Source: Magallana gigas (lineage: Eukaryota). Taken from it: DNA of 64,000 nt. The DNA is taken from assembly GCF_963853765.1 (NCBI RefSeq), contig NC_088859.1:6572001-6636000 (forward strand), given 5' to 3'. The translations under genes and the position numbers were made by a program. The notes below the pieces were generated by a model that was not told where the DNA came from, ran no database searches, and saw nothing but the letters and a program-made list of their open reading frames with translations. Below are positions 12,763 to 26,900 of this stretch, piece after piece. The stretch's first letter is position 1; each line of letters opens with the position of its first letter.

Positions 12763-12966
12763 AGCCATTACAAATTTTATAGTTATATGTCATTTTCCAC
12801 TTAATGAGTTGTTACAGCTGTTATCATGGTAATGTTTTGAGCCATGTCTCAGATACTTCATGTGCCCATAAAAAAGTGTTATCTGGGATACACCCTTTTG
12901 TTTTGATAATGACAGCATTTAGCTTTGTAATGATAGCTAGTTTATCTTTTTTCTTCTAATCTACAG

Positions 12967-13063
12967 GACTGCGGCCTTCAGATGATCTGAAGATTAGGAA
13001 TATAGAAAATATTGTCAATTTGATATTGCTTATGACCCAGTCAAGTCTGCTGAAGCCCGGAAG
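12967..13063 (+). other. Candidate internal exon of an unidentified (possibly non-coding) transcript
   Basis: Strong acceptor (ttttttcttctaatctacag|) and donor (gaag|gtactt). One frame is open (LRPSDDLKIRNIENIVNLILLMTQSSLLKPG). No homology recognised. Confidence 0.35.
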
Positions 13064-13648
13064 GTACTTCTTTGTCATGTAATAAACTTACAACTTGTCC
13101 TCCACATGTAGATATATTTGGTTTAAGCTGATTGAAAGCCAAGCAAGGTCATCTAAATAGCTACAATGTCTTGTGTAAAAAGGAAAGATTTGTATGGGCA
13201 TCTTGTTGCAACTCTGCATGATTATCTGTATTTGAAGTGGTGGGAACCTCTGAAAGGAATACTAGGAGTTTGAAAATATTATAAACTTAACGAAATGTCT
13301 TTTACACTCTCTGAGAAAATGGGATTCGCAGAAATCTAATGAATTTCTCATGCTGGTTAGTTATTCAGTTTAGTTTTTGTTATTGACGCAATCTTATTTT
13401 GGTGTACATAGAATGTTGATACATTTGTAGTTGCAACTCATACAGACATTCATATGTTTCATAAGTGTTTATGACTTTGATCTTTGTTCAATATATTTAA
13501 TATCTTTCTGTCCACTGGAAATCTAAATATCTTTGAAGTTACACCAGTTGGTAACAGGGGCAGATGGTTTCTAGTGATTCTATTTAAACTATTTAATTCA
13601 TAACATTTATCATATGCGTGCAGAATTGATTGAGCCTGGTTTCCTGAT

Positions 13649-14813
13649 TGTAATGAAGTTCTTTTTGGATTTTGTGGAGGTGATAGCGAAAACGACAAAC
13701 AGTAAAATAAACAAAACAAAATGAATTTATTTATCAACAAAACAAATTAAAATAATAGAATATGAAGAGATTCACACTCACAAACACACACTCTCACTCT
13801 CTCACTAAGAAAGAAAATATAACTTTAAAAAGTTAATCAATCAACACTGACAATGAAACAACAGTGAATTAATCTTTAACACATTCAATTGTCAGTATAT
13901 ATATATAAAACAAATGCTTTAAACGTTGGCTAAATATAGCTATAACAGTATGTAAAGGAATAAACCAACAAATCAAAATTACCAATACTGTTATATGTAA
14001 TTTCACAGAAAAAGTAAATTGGAATGTAATCAAACAATCAACTTTTATCACTAGATAAACTGATAAATCATTTAATCATTGAATAGAATTGAAAGTTTGG
14101 CTTCAAATAAATGCAAAAGCCACCCTAAAATAGTCACCACTGGGCCTCCATAGCACACAAAACACATAAACAGAACGTTCCGTCTCCAGTCCCGGACTCG
14201 AAGGTCTCTCACTGGAAACTATCCACACAGGGCCTCCTGACAATAAACGTTCAAACACGAGCTTCCGTGCGTCCCACTTGCGTCACGCGTCGCTCCGTCA
14301 ACTGCCCTCAGTCAAAGTCCTGCCCCACAAATGCTACGCTAAGCCTTCAACTGTGGTTGCACCACTGACCCACCGGCTTTAACGATATAACTATCCCTGC
14401 ACTGAAACAATAATAACCTATTCTAAAACCTATAGACATACTTATTTATACAACGAAAATAACAAAGACCACACCCTCGTAAATATACCATGAAACTGAG
14501 AAAATATATACAAAAACTTACCGGCTGGAGAAAATCAAATGCCCAATCAGATTTACAGTAATTTAAGGCTACCCGTCTACCAGACTAACTTCTGGACTTC
14601 GCCAAAATTAACAAACTGGAGGACGAATTCAACAACGTGGCCGCACACTTGACAAGCAGCCACTGCTCTCTCTCACCAAACCGGTTATACTAAAAATAGC
14701 CCTAATACCGAACACTCTCGATTAACAAATATGGAACACAACTTGGTCCAAAATTACAACTATTTACACAAACAAATACAAAACTGACATAAACTGAATT
14801 CAACTTCATCACA
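13649..14813. mobile_element. Solo LTR (Gypsy or BEL/Pao type), 1165 bp
   Basis: TG...CA termini with an 11/12 terminal inverted repeat (tgtaatgaagtt / aacttcatcaca) and an exact 5-bp TSD CTGAT at 13644..13648 and 14814..14818. No coding region inside. Confidence 0.85.
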
Positions 14814-15695
14814 CTGATTTTGTCGTATAAGTGATACATTGTACTGCTTTAAAAAGTATATATCACTTGTGACTTACTAGTATATTAGTACATATTTCAT
14901 TTGTAAAATCATTCGAAAAATTTAAAGTGTTTTGTAGTACTGAATTGTTTTTTATGGCTTTTAAAATTACTGAAAGTACATGCACATGATGCAACTATCT
15001 TTTGACGTTCTATATATAACAAAAAGAAGCTGTAAGCTGGGTTAAAAATTAGTGGCGAAATGATGTAATACATGTATGTACAATATTAGAAAAGATTACA
15101 TTTTCAGTATCGCTTTATAGCACAGTCTTGAAATAATTGCATTGAATTATATATAAGTATTTGATGAGTGCACAATGTTTGCAAAAATTACATGTATTTC
15201 TCTTAACACTTTATGTTAATTCTATTTTAGTTTCCAGACCATGACATTAATGAATATTAATGAATAATTCTTGAATGGAATGCATGAGGAATAGGATGGA
15301 ACCTTATTCTGCCTCTTTACCAACTCACACCATCTTTTCAAGATTTATGGAGCCAACCACAGAAGAATTTGTTCTATACACATCATTCATAAGATTCTTA
15401 TTTATGTTACATAACTTTAAATGTTACTGGATGAATTGTTTCAACAATAAGTGTTCACATAATGAATACCAGCAAACTTTTTATCGAGTGCACTTATTTT
15501 GTATTTTTCCTACCCATCCATCTAACATATGTTTTTATATAACATATTCATTAACATGTAACATTTTTGGAAACAGCTATCTTTAATTGAAATTTAGCCT
15601 TGCTATTTTATACAAGTTTTTTAATATACTCTTTTGTATACAAACAGAACAAAAATACTTAGTTATAATGGAAAATGGACATAATATATATAAAA

Positions 15696-15945
15696 GGTGT
15701 CCAAGTAGCGTAGTGGTCAATGCACTCGCTTCTCACCGCTGCGACCCGAGTTCGATCACTGTGATCGACAGTGGTTGTATGTGACAGGATATGGCGGTCG
15801 TCCGCTTGGACACGTGGGTTCTCTCCGGGTACTCTGGCTTCTTCCTACACCAATGACCCCCTTGCGCTAACATCCGTGCCGACGAGGGATATTAATATAA
15901 GTTGTAGAACTTGTTTATCAATCGTTGTAAAATAAATAAAGTTTA
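15696..15945 (+). mobile_element. tRNA-derived SINE with V-domain-like core
   Basis: Pol III A box tagcgtagtgg (15706..15716), B box gagttcgatc (15748..15757), core gtgggttctctccgggtactctggcttcttcctacac resembling the V-SINE conserved domain (from memory), and an AT-rich aaataaataaa tail. Confidence 0.8.
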
Positions 15946-16147
15946 TTTTTTTAATATATATATGACATATATAAAAGTGTCTGATAAATGTATAGGTCTT
16001 GTTCATGAACAGAAGAAATTGACAGAGAAATTTTCAGTTTTAGCCATCAAATATAAACATTAATATCTTTTAAGAATATTATTTAATTTAAATAAGAAAT
16101 AAAAGTTTTTTCCCTGTATTTAAATGTTTGGAAACAAATCCAATATA

Positions 16148-16540
16148 TCTAAAATTGCTGTACAGTATATCCTATTGATCCCTGTAATATATCATTTTAG
16201 TTTCTTAAACATCATGTTTATTACTTTGTTTTCTTAGAATGATGTATACAGGGTCATTAATTTATTTTCATTATATTCAACTAGATACAAATAGGCCTTC
16301 TGCAACCTTAATGAAATTAAAACTCCATACCATTAATTACCTTTCATATGAAAAATGACATCTAAATCTAAAATTGCTGTACAGTATATCCTATCCATCT
16401 AATGTATCACTTTATTTATGTTGAACTTCATGTCTATTAGTATTATAATTATGATTATTTAAAATTGATATATGCAATTTCATTAATTTATTTTTCATTT
16501 TAAGAAAATTCACTTAAAAAAGATCTCTTACAACCTGTGT
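16148..16540. repeat. Local tandem duplication, two ~220 bp units
   Basis: tctaaaattgctgtacagtatatcctat is identical at 16148 and 16367; degenerate similarity continues downstream. Confidence 0.75.
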
Positions 16541-19500
16541 ATTTTTTTTTCAATTTACATAATAGAGTGTATTAATTGAATGTAGTTGTGTAGATTTATA
16601 CATGTACCTACAAGCAATATACATTTAATATTCACCAGGTACATGTACCAGCCTACTATATTTGATAATGTACTTCTTTCATGCATTTTTCATGCCTTTT
16701 ACTTATTGTTATATGTATTATGTATAATTAAAATACTTTGAAAACTTTTCTCAATTTATTTATTTTAAAAAGATTAAGAAACGGACTATAGTCAATGCAC
16801 GTTTTCAAGAGTTGTCTCTCTTGGGGACAATAATGAATGCTCCCCAGGGTTCATGACCCTGAATATTGAGTAGGCTGTGAGGTGTGCCTTTGGTACATGT
16901 AGCTTTCAGTTTGGGAGTTACTTCTCTTTTCTTTTCTTTTCCGCATGTATCTTCTTTTTGCATCAAAACAAGTTAAAAATGACGCTGGTTTTGAGTTAAA
17001 TATGCATAGATTGCGTAGTCTTTGCTCAAAAGCCAAACAATTATATTCTTGTTGATTTTAAAGAGCCATGACCGAAAACCTACGTCACGTTGCTGTTTGA
17101 CCCAGCTACCCAAAGTCCAAGCTCTTGTGAATATGGTTCCATCTGTTTCTGTTGGTTTACTTTTACTAATAATTAAAAAAAAATAGATTTGTGTTTAATT
17201 TGGATATATATTTCTAAAGGAAGAGTTGAAAGAAGTGTAAGTTAGTGATGCGCAAGTCATCAATCTTTAAAAAAAAAAAATGAGATTTCCAATCCATTCC
17301 TTAAACCATGGAGCGAATTGAAAATCTCAGTTTTAATAAACTTAATAGGTACCAATTGTTTATTGTCATCATTATTTTATTTTTAAATTACTTATACAAA
17401 ATTCTTAAATGTATTTCATAATGTTTAAGGCCTATTGTTTAAATAATGATTTACTTTTTCAAAATCGCTGGAATTTATATCATTCAAATAATACTATTAG
17501 ATACTGATTCCGACTGCTTTAAAGTCAATTCGTTTCATTTTTCTGTTTACATAAAAGAGGCGCGTCACGATCCAATGAAATCAAATACTCGAGATTTGAT
17601 TGACAGGTTCAGCCAGATAGCCGATGTCCGATACATGTTATGTGTGGTATTTGTACACAATATTATCGTGTAAAAAATGCATGCTTATTCCAACATCACA
17701 GCGTCATTTATGGTTGATTCATATTTTGTTATAACTGTGTAAAGCATGTTGATGTATTGTGCATTCCACAATTGTACCGATACGGAAACATCGTAGTCAG
17801 ACTTTATCGACAGTCTCCATTTTAAAACTGACTCAATTGTTTTGTTAAAAAAGGATATAATTTTGAGTAAAAGATAACACAATATATATTGTTTTCTATG
17901 AGTAAAAGGTTTGGAATGAATTCTAATAAAACATTTCACACGGTTCGTGCACGCTTTGTTCGTAACGCTTTACACACCTGATGTGACCCGCAATTCACGA
18001 CTTCGTTGTATTAGTAACAATATTTTTGTGCAAACATTTTGCTGAATGAAAAAAAAATTGAACAATTTAGATATTTAATTCTGAAATTACAAGTTCTCAA
18101 TCGTAAAGGAAAATTACCAGGTAACGGGAATATGCGTTGGATTATGAATGCGACGGCTAACGTGGGTGGGGTGGGGGGGGGGGGGGGGCTTAAAAATCGT
18201 GTGAGTCGCCATGGTCATTGTAAAAAAAAATTCGCCAAAAAAAAAGAAAAAAAGATAATGATAAAGGAAATCAATTTATTAAAAAACTTTTATTTTTTAT
18301 TAAAATCTGTTAGCAATATTTATTTGATAAATATTATTAATGATTTCACATGTTTTCGTCAAAGAAAAGTAGTATTTTACCATGCGTGATTTGCAGAGCT
18401 AGAGTTACTTCCCCATAGTGATTTGGCGGGAAAAACATCTATTTTTAGAAACTACATATCCTTACCTATCAAACGAGTACATTGAATATATACCTTACCA
18501 GGCATCATTTTTTGGTCAATTGTACATCGGATACCTTAATTATGACGAACTTTCACAGTCATTCTTTTTCAGTGTCCCATTCCACATAAAGAACAAAAAT
18601 AAATTCTTGCATACCTAAAAATCCACAAGTTGAAAAACGGGAAAGTGAGATTTAATAATGGCCCCAATGTTGATTACACGCCCCTCCCCCCTTTTTTAGC
18701 CTAATACAAATGTTAAAAGTGCACGTGACAAAAAGTTTGCGTTTGCTATCCCTAATCACCTCTTTTGGCCTTTGACAAAATCCACTGTTTTAGCACTTTA
18801 ATAACGAATAATTCCTTCAGAGCCATTTTAATTCAGGTACATGTACTTTACATCACGATACATACTATAGTATAGCAATTCAATTTAGCATCACACGTGG
18901 TAGAAGAAAATTTGTCCTATTAGAAATACTACTGCCTTAAGCTTGCATGATAGTTGCAAATATTTACTTAAAGATATGATTTCTTTTATTTTATGATTTA
19001 TAGTGAATGAATCTTACGAATAGAAAATAATCAGGAAGATTATTAAACCAATATTACATATGTTTTACCCACATTATTACCCAGGTATAGCAAACAAATA
19101 TACAAATCATGAAAAAAGAAAGCCATTACAATGTATATAATATAAACAGAGGCAAAGGACCCCCCCCCCCCCCTTGAAAAAAAAAATTAAAATATTGATA
19201 TGTCAACAGATTAAAAACAATCTTTGTCGCCGTTTTAAATTCGGTTTTAAAGAAAATCGCTATCTGTAAAAAAAAAAAACCCCAACTTATAACGAAAAAG
19301 AAATGCTTAATAATTTTATATCATCATTTACTGCGCAATCAAACACAGCGCGTGATCTGATGTTTTAATCCTGTTCCCCCTTCATCTACGTCTGCTTCTT
19401 AATCTTATCTGTCCTGTAGAAAAACAAGCCTCAGTGCCGTCATCTTCCGCCGCTAATAAATGAACCATTATCATTCACTGCACCAATAACTCCGACGATT

Positions 19501-21311
19501 GCGAGCCATTCTTTGGTGTGAGTTTATGATGATAAATGCTGTATTTCTCTCATCTCCTCGCAATTCCTTGCGCTTTAATCGCTGTATTTTCACTTTTTAT
19601 TAACTGTTTTAGAGGCGACATAGCACCCGTTTTTATAAGGGAGATTTATTATGTAATGCGATAGTGAAATCTGCACATTAAAAATCCTTTTCATCTTATT
19701 CTCTCAAACGCAATTTTTTGGGGGTAAACGAAGTTTTGATTGAAATGGGAAGGGTTATGAGGTTATATACACATTGTAAGAAAAGACCCATAGGACTCGG
19801 CATCAAAATCTTAACCCATTAACACCGTGAAATATTCTGGCAGATTTTGTCGGAATCTAAAAAAAATATTTCATCTATTATTTAACAAAAAAGTTCGCTT
19901 ATTGCGTTTTTACGATAAAAACATAACAACTGAATTTTTATTCATTTCAAATCATTTCTGTCTTTTAACTATTATCCTTGTAACATTTTTAAATACTGCA
20001 TGAGTATCTCGTACAACTCTTCGATAATTCAAAAAGGCTTTCTCACAAGTTATGTTTCAATTTGAAAAGGGCATTCACTCGTATAATTTTAGGAAAATTA
20101 CATGCAGATTCTAAATTGCCTTAATTTAATGAAACACTGCAATATTTTTCATCTTGTAAAATAACATCCCCGTGAAAATACACGATGTATAGCCTAGAAG
20201 CGTCTGTTTTCATATCAGATATAATAAAAAATATATCTGAATTTCAATAATTGTCAAACGTCAAAACTTCATGGTAACACCCCACGTACATAGAGAGTGA
20301 AGGTACCACTGGGCACGTGACAATGTAATTGACATCTACATGGTTCCTATTGTGTACTATGTCGGGTTCGATCAATGAACCTGTACGTGGGCAGGCGTAC
20401 AGAAACCTCGGGGTTGGCTGACCCACCGATATTCTCGCCAAAATCTCGCGTACTCTCACTCTCTGAATCAAATTCACATCACACGGTTGCCAAATTGGTC
20501 TAGAAAGCGACAGTACCGCAAATGCACTGTGTGAATTGCACAGTTGGCAGCGGTATATCTTCTGACAACTTACCCGACTATTACAGATGTTTTTCAGGGT
20601 TTTTTTTTGGAGTGCATGGTTATGATAGAGAACAATAAATTCCAAGAGCTATCTCAAAGCTCGCACAGCAATCGTCCCATTACATCGCCATTGCTCATCT
20701 ACACCAAATCAATGAAATCTTGTCAAATATGAGCTACCACAGCTTGCTTTTTAAGATACGGATTTAAAAAAAAGGAGGGGGAAAAAGGATACCTGATAGC
20801 GTAAAGGAAGTTAAATATTTTGTGTATCAGCCCTGCATTGCTAGTTGCTCCCTGAGATTCGCGTGTTGGAACATTGCCGCCTCACCGCTCTCTACCAAAC
20901 CATGTGTTATTTTATCACTACGGATAACAGTCTATAGGAGAATCCTTTTTTTTGACGTAGAACTATATCGAAATCCTATTATTTTGTTTTAATAAGAGTT
21001 AGTTAATATGGCAGAATATAAAAGATGTTTACAGTGTGCGACGCATCGGCGGAAAACGGTGAAATTTGAATCCAGTATCCCGAGTTAGAACCCACTGCGA
21101 GTGTATAGGACCAAAACACGCGACCCTTGTTATAAGGCCTTTTATCAAATCATCTTCTGGAAGATTGTGCCTTTTATTCGGAATTATCACACAGTTTTCG
21201 TCCATGGATTTACACAGTGGCGGGGTAATCTTACAGCTTTTGTTGAAATGAGTTAGGGACATTTAAAAAGATTCAGTGGGACTCGATTTCTTGCATTAAA
21301 GGAATAAAATC

Positions 21312-23838
21312 ATGGAGAAAGGCAGGTCGGTAGCGACCAAGAGGCGTCTAGAGACGGACAAGTGTCTGCGATGTTCTCTATGGATGTTTTCGGGAATAGC
21401 CATCTCTCTGATGGTCATACTGCTGGGGTTCACGATATGGACGCTAGTGTCATACCAAAACACAGTTACCGCCCTTCAATCAAGGGTCGATAAACTGGAA
21501 GTGGACCTCGATTTAATCCGATCTGGCAAAGAGGCCTTAATCGCCAAAACAGTTGAAGAAGAAGTTTCTAAGGTAAAGTTTCCTATAATGACTTATCTTA
21601 TATCTAGATTTTAAATTTCATTCAGAAATCGTGGTAAAAAAACGGGATTTTGTTTCAAGTGTATATAAGATATCTGATAAGAGGCTCGGAAGCAGACGAA
21701 TAGACTGAGATATCCCTAATAATTGATGGCAATACATCACGTTAATTGTGAGTACTAGAGATCACCTGACACGGGTTATTTGTGGACCTGCCTGTTACAG
21801 TTTGATATATGTATCTAGAGAAACCTGGAAAAACGCATCAAAACTACTCAGTTTTATTCCATTGCCTAGAAACTGTCTGGTAATATTAGTCCTCTAAATA
21901 GAGTTTTTTGAAGCATAAAACACTGTCTACAAGGAGTGTCCTTTCTTAATGTTGTATTCTAGTTATTTATACATGTATGCTTATTGGTAACCGGTCCCTT
22001 TCGTCTAGCCATTATTATTATAATAATGTGAAATAGAAAATACTCTTTTAATAAAACAATGAACATCACCGACTCTTCGAAAAAGGCGTAAAATATTCCC
22101 GCTGTGAAGTTCCACTCCTAATGTCTTAGTATTGTTATGTACTATATGTTTATTTATACTTAGCCCCTTTCATTTAATCATTATGTACGTTGACGTATCT
22201 GTTTCATCGACCTACTAATGGTACATGTACCTATTTTTATTATTACAGAGGTTAGAAGTGATGAAAACGCAGCTACTAGCATTCTACACGCATTCCCAGC
22301 CCAGGTATAGAAGACAAGCCTGTAATTGTCAAGGTAGGTGTTCAAAGCTCGTGTTAAACTTCATCTGAGAAGTCCAATGAACCCTTAATATTAAACCCAG
22401 GGACCAGGACCGTCAAGTAATATTTTGACTTAGGTCAGAATTTTTTAGTTGCTCTATGTTTAACTAAAGTTGACAAATAGAAGTTGATATCGATGACTAT
22501 GTCCCTCTTATGTCGTAATTTGATGTGCATTTCATGGTAAAAAAAAACCAAAAACCCAGTAATTTAGTCTGTCTGGAAGGTATGGTGTTTATCAACCTTA
22601 AGATCAATGAGCAAATTTAAGTTCTGTAATTTCTACACCAGTTAAAGAATGACCAAAAGGACCACATGTGAAAGGCCGGGTCTTGGTATCATTAGGTACC
22701 AACAGTAACATAGTTCATAAGTCATAGCTCTGTGACGGACTAAGAGGTATATATAGTGTTCCAAACTGAATTCTTGTCTAGAAGAGACCAACGTTGTCTC
22801 GCCTCAAAGGATGGCCTTGATATCAAACAAGGAGGGTTCTGTGAACTTAGCAGGAGAAGCACTGTTTGGTTGTGTTTGAAGTTGCTATGATTAGAAAACA
22901 TTTTAGGTTCTTTGGACGCATCACATCTCTCTGCGGCATCAGAGTCTCCTAACTTTGTGGTTCCATCCATCATAAAACCCCGGCACACCTTCCTGATAGC
23001 TTCCTTACTTAATTAATTGTCACGAGGTTTTCAAAAGATCGACATCTTGTTGCCATAAAACATTTGCCACCTGAGGAGTTTTTTTCCTTGCATAGAAATA
23101 CACTCCAGGTACACCACTAAGACCGGCGCAATAAGACTTAATTACAGTAATTGTCTCAAGCAATCAACTATGTTGGTGGTATTCCTTAATCTTTAAAGTC
23201 AAGGTCGTTTCACCGAAAAGCCCGTCTGCCTTACACGAAGTGAAATTTTGCGTCAAGATGTAGAAAAATGTCGTCACTGCCTCCAGGATGAAAGTAGGCA
23301 CAAGAGCGAATACTGTAAATTGCGGTAGAGTGTAATGCTTACGATCGCTCTGGATTGTTTCAACACGAGCCTTGTTTATGCTATGCAATTAGCCTCTACT
23401 GGTATTATGAGATAAGAACTGCGAATGTAATTTATTGACATCGACTTTACATACAGATCCTCTTAAATTCGATTACATTCGGGAAAAGCGTTTTACTTAA
23501 CAGTTTATTATTAACTAATAATATTTACGAACGACCCAACAGCGCTTCCACGCGCGCGAAAACTGCCGTTTTCTTCACGTGTAAAGCGCTAACAAGAACT
23601 TCAATGTCATCGAACCATGACATGTTTAAGTTCTGGATGTCAAAAGAAAATTTGTGTTGTGGATTATATGTTGTAAAAAAATGGGCATGCTCGCGATCAA
23701 ATTAGGTCTGTAGACACTAATTAAAACCATTTCCTGTTTTTAGGGTTTAAGCACTCTTAATCCGTTTCCCTAATTGAATAAACGCATTTTGGAAAAGTGC
23801 AAAATATTGTTTTTGTATTTCAGATTTTTATTGGTTTC

Positions 23839-23911
<73 letters not shown>

Positions 23912-26900
23912 ACGGCTGAAACAAATATAAACGTATTTAGAATGACTGAACTTTGGCTACATTGTAACTTGAAACCAGTATAACCCCTTCTTTATCCACA
24001 AACAAGACTGTTCTCTGTTTAAACGGGTATCAGGTTTTATAGACACAATTAGTTCTCCCTTTTGTATTCCTGTAAGCGATCTCTATCAGAATCGCACCTG
24101 CAGAAAATGAACTATTGTAAAAGCAACGTTTATTGACTGAAAAATTTAGAATTCGGGAAATCTAAATTACTGTTGATCCATGAAACACTTGTCGTGAGTG
24201 ATAAAATTCAAATAGCAATTTAAATTAAAAGGATCCACCAGTTTGCTACCATTAACTGCTAAATTTTACAGCCCCATTATCCCGATTTAATAAAAAATGT
24301 TGCCCCTTGTAAAAAAGTGTTATGTCTCCTGCTTGGTTTCGTATTAGTTACTATACATATCACATATAATACTAACTAACCAAAAAATGTTATAGAATGG
24401 ATATTTTGAATAAAAAATAAATTTTTGGGCTTAAACCTTGAACTTTTCAAAGACTATGCTCGACCTTAAGTTTTTCTGTATCATTAAAATCGATTTCACC
24501 AAAATTAAATACATGTAGTTTGACGAAAAGAAATGGATTAATGAAATGATCAGATATAATTTTATAAAACGTCAAAAAAAAAAATCCCGAACTTTATCTT
24601 CCCATAACATTTAGTTAAAGTAGCTTGCGGTCCATTGTATTTTCTTCTATTTTATATCATTTCTTCAGACCAAAAGAGAAAATGCAAAACGCTGTAACAA
24701 AAACTTTAACACTTGTCTGACAAAAAACCCTTTACTATAGGTCATAAAAGACAAAAAAATCTAAAGTATGTGGTCGTTCAATCACCGAAACATAAGCCAA
24801 TGTCTTCTTTAGAGTTGGTTTTATCAGAGTAGTGGGGTGTTTAGCCAGTGGTATACAGGCCGGACCACCTCTGTACGTGTTCGATGGGAATTCTTGTTTG
24901 ATTGATGAGGAACCACTAAACCGATTCTGGTATCAATAATCAACAAGAAACCCGCCATGTTGTGACTCGAAAGTGATAAACAAGCATCGCATTCTGTAAC
25001 CAAACACCGGTCCGTGCTCTATAATCGAAGCCGACAGACGCTCAAGACGTGGGGAGATTGTTTATGTGGTCCTGCTAATAGTTTTTAAATTTTTTTTTAT
25101 TTTAAAAGTAAAATAAAAATTTTGTTTAAAAAAATGCCAAAAAATTTCTGACTGTTGTGTGATTGTTGAAGGAAGGATTAAGCCTTAAGCTGCCAAGGAA
25201 CTTAAATCTGCGCGCTGTTAAAAAATGATGACAGATAAACATATTTTTAACCCAGATTTATTTGACTGTATTAGATAGCATAGGACGGTATAGCTTAATC
25301 ATGAAAAAATTGACATGCAATATAAAACGATTTTATTCCTTCAGTATGATTTAGTGTCAAGAACAATGTTTGATATGCAAAGAATGTAAGTAAGTTCTCC
25401 GAAGGAAAACATTTATAAACATATTTTACAAATCATAAAAATCGGGTGAAATATCCCATTTATTTTATCAGAGAGCTGAAAGAAGAAATGGTTCAAAGTA
25501 AAGCGGATTAAACTTGTATTTCTCTTTTGTACATGTACCCCTTCTTTGAATTGAAAACCACATGTCCGAAATGCCTAATGAACTGCCCCTAAAAAATATA
25601 CAAGCATAATTCAGATTTTTGTAGCTATGCCATGAAAATATACAATACAATCAAGTTAGCATCAGAGACTCTTTCATTTAACATTATAGAGACTACAACA
25701 ACGCAAAATACCCGTCTCATTCATTAACATTTTTATTTAATTTAAACACGCTTTGCAAAAATGACTGAAAAAAAGATTCGTTTCAAGGTCCGTGTTTTGT
25801 TTTTTAGACTAAATGTATTCAAAAGACATGTATGATTATGTCCTTGGACCTATAATGTTTTCCAGCCAGAAAAGGCGTAGAATGACTCAGCCCCTCACGT
25901 TGAACTGTTGTTACATTATCTAAACAAAACTTTAATGGTATAGAATTATGAGAAATCTATCCGCGCTTCACCCTGTCCATTCATAAAAAGGACCTCTGGA
26001 TATAAGATACGATGCCGTTTTACTTTAACCGAATCCTCAACACAACAAATTGCGAAACAAGGGATATTTGAAATCAACAAAAACAACAACAAACAACAAA
26101 GCACTATATAGGAATGAAATTATTGGCATTATCACTATTTTATTAATATAGATCTATGCTTTAAACCATATATTTTAGTGCATGACAACAGCAATTCACG
26201 TTAAAAAGACGCACGGGTTTTGAGATGCTAGTATACATGTACCTGTGAGGACAACTGAATGAAAACAGAGAATTTCAAAAGTTTCGATGTGATATTAGGG
26301 TTGGTCTTTACGAATAAGAAATTTTTCTTGAAACTTGAACAACTGCCCGGAGGGAAATCCTGACGGAGAAATTACAGCCGTGATAAGACAGAAGTAGATT
26401 GCTCATTACGCTTTATTGGTTCATGCTCAAAACAATTGAAAAAGGTTTACAAACTGCTAACATGTGTCTTATTAAAATGCGGCAACTGGGGTTTCTGGTG
26501 GATTAGTGAGCGTTCCTTGTTCACAATAACAGGAGAAATTAGCTTATTGTCCTTCCCTGGAATTAATAGAATCAAATTTTATTCCCGCTTAATGTGATAG
26601 CATGCATTGCTATTATTAAAATAAGGAGATAGTGAATTAAATTTAAACATTAGATTAGTTGAATTTTGGCAAAGCAATGATACGAATTAACGAAGAGTTA
26701 ATCTTAAGGAAAGTGATATATGGCATTAGTCTTGAAAATAGTGTTTAAAATTTTCGTTGGGTAAATCTTAAATGTTAAAAAAAAGACATATGCTAAATAC
26801 ACCTATCTACGACAATTAACGGCATAGCTATTGTTCACCAGCTGTATTCTGGCATACCTCGGATATCTAACTAACAGTTTAGATCGATATTAAAGAGAAT

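Noticed and set aside
15275-15586. 103-aa ORF
   Set aside because: AT-rich, no recognisable domain, no convincing splice partner in frame.
15700-15770. tRNA-like sequence
   Set aside because: It is the head of a SINE; no complete cloverleaf, and it continues into the SINE core.
20244-20645. 133-aa minus-strand ORF, Cys-containing
   Set aside because: No motif or splice context recognised; probably a chance ORF in a GC-richer upstream region.
23774-23983. ORF with ERERER tract
   Set aside because: Translation of an (AG)n microsatellite.
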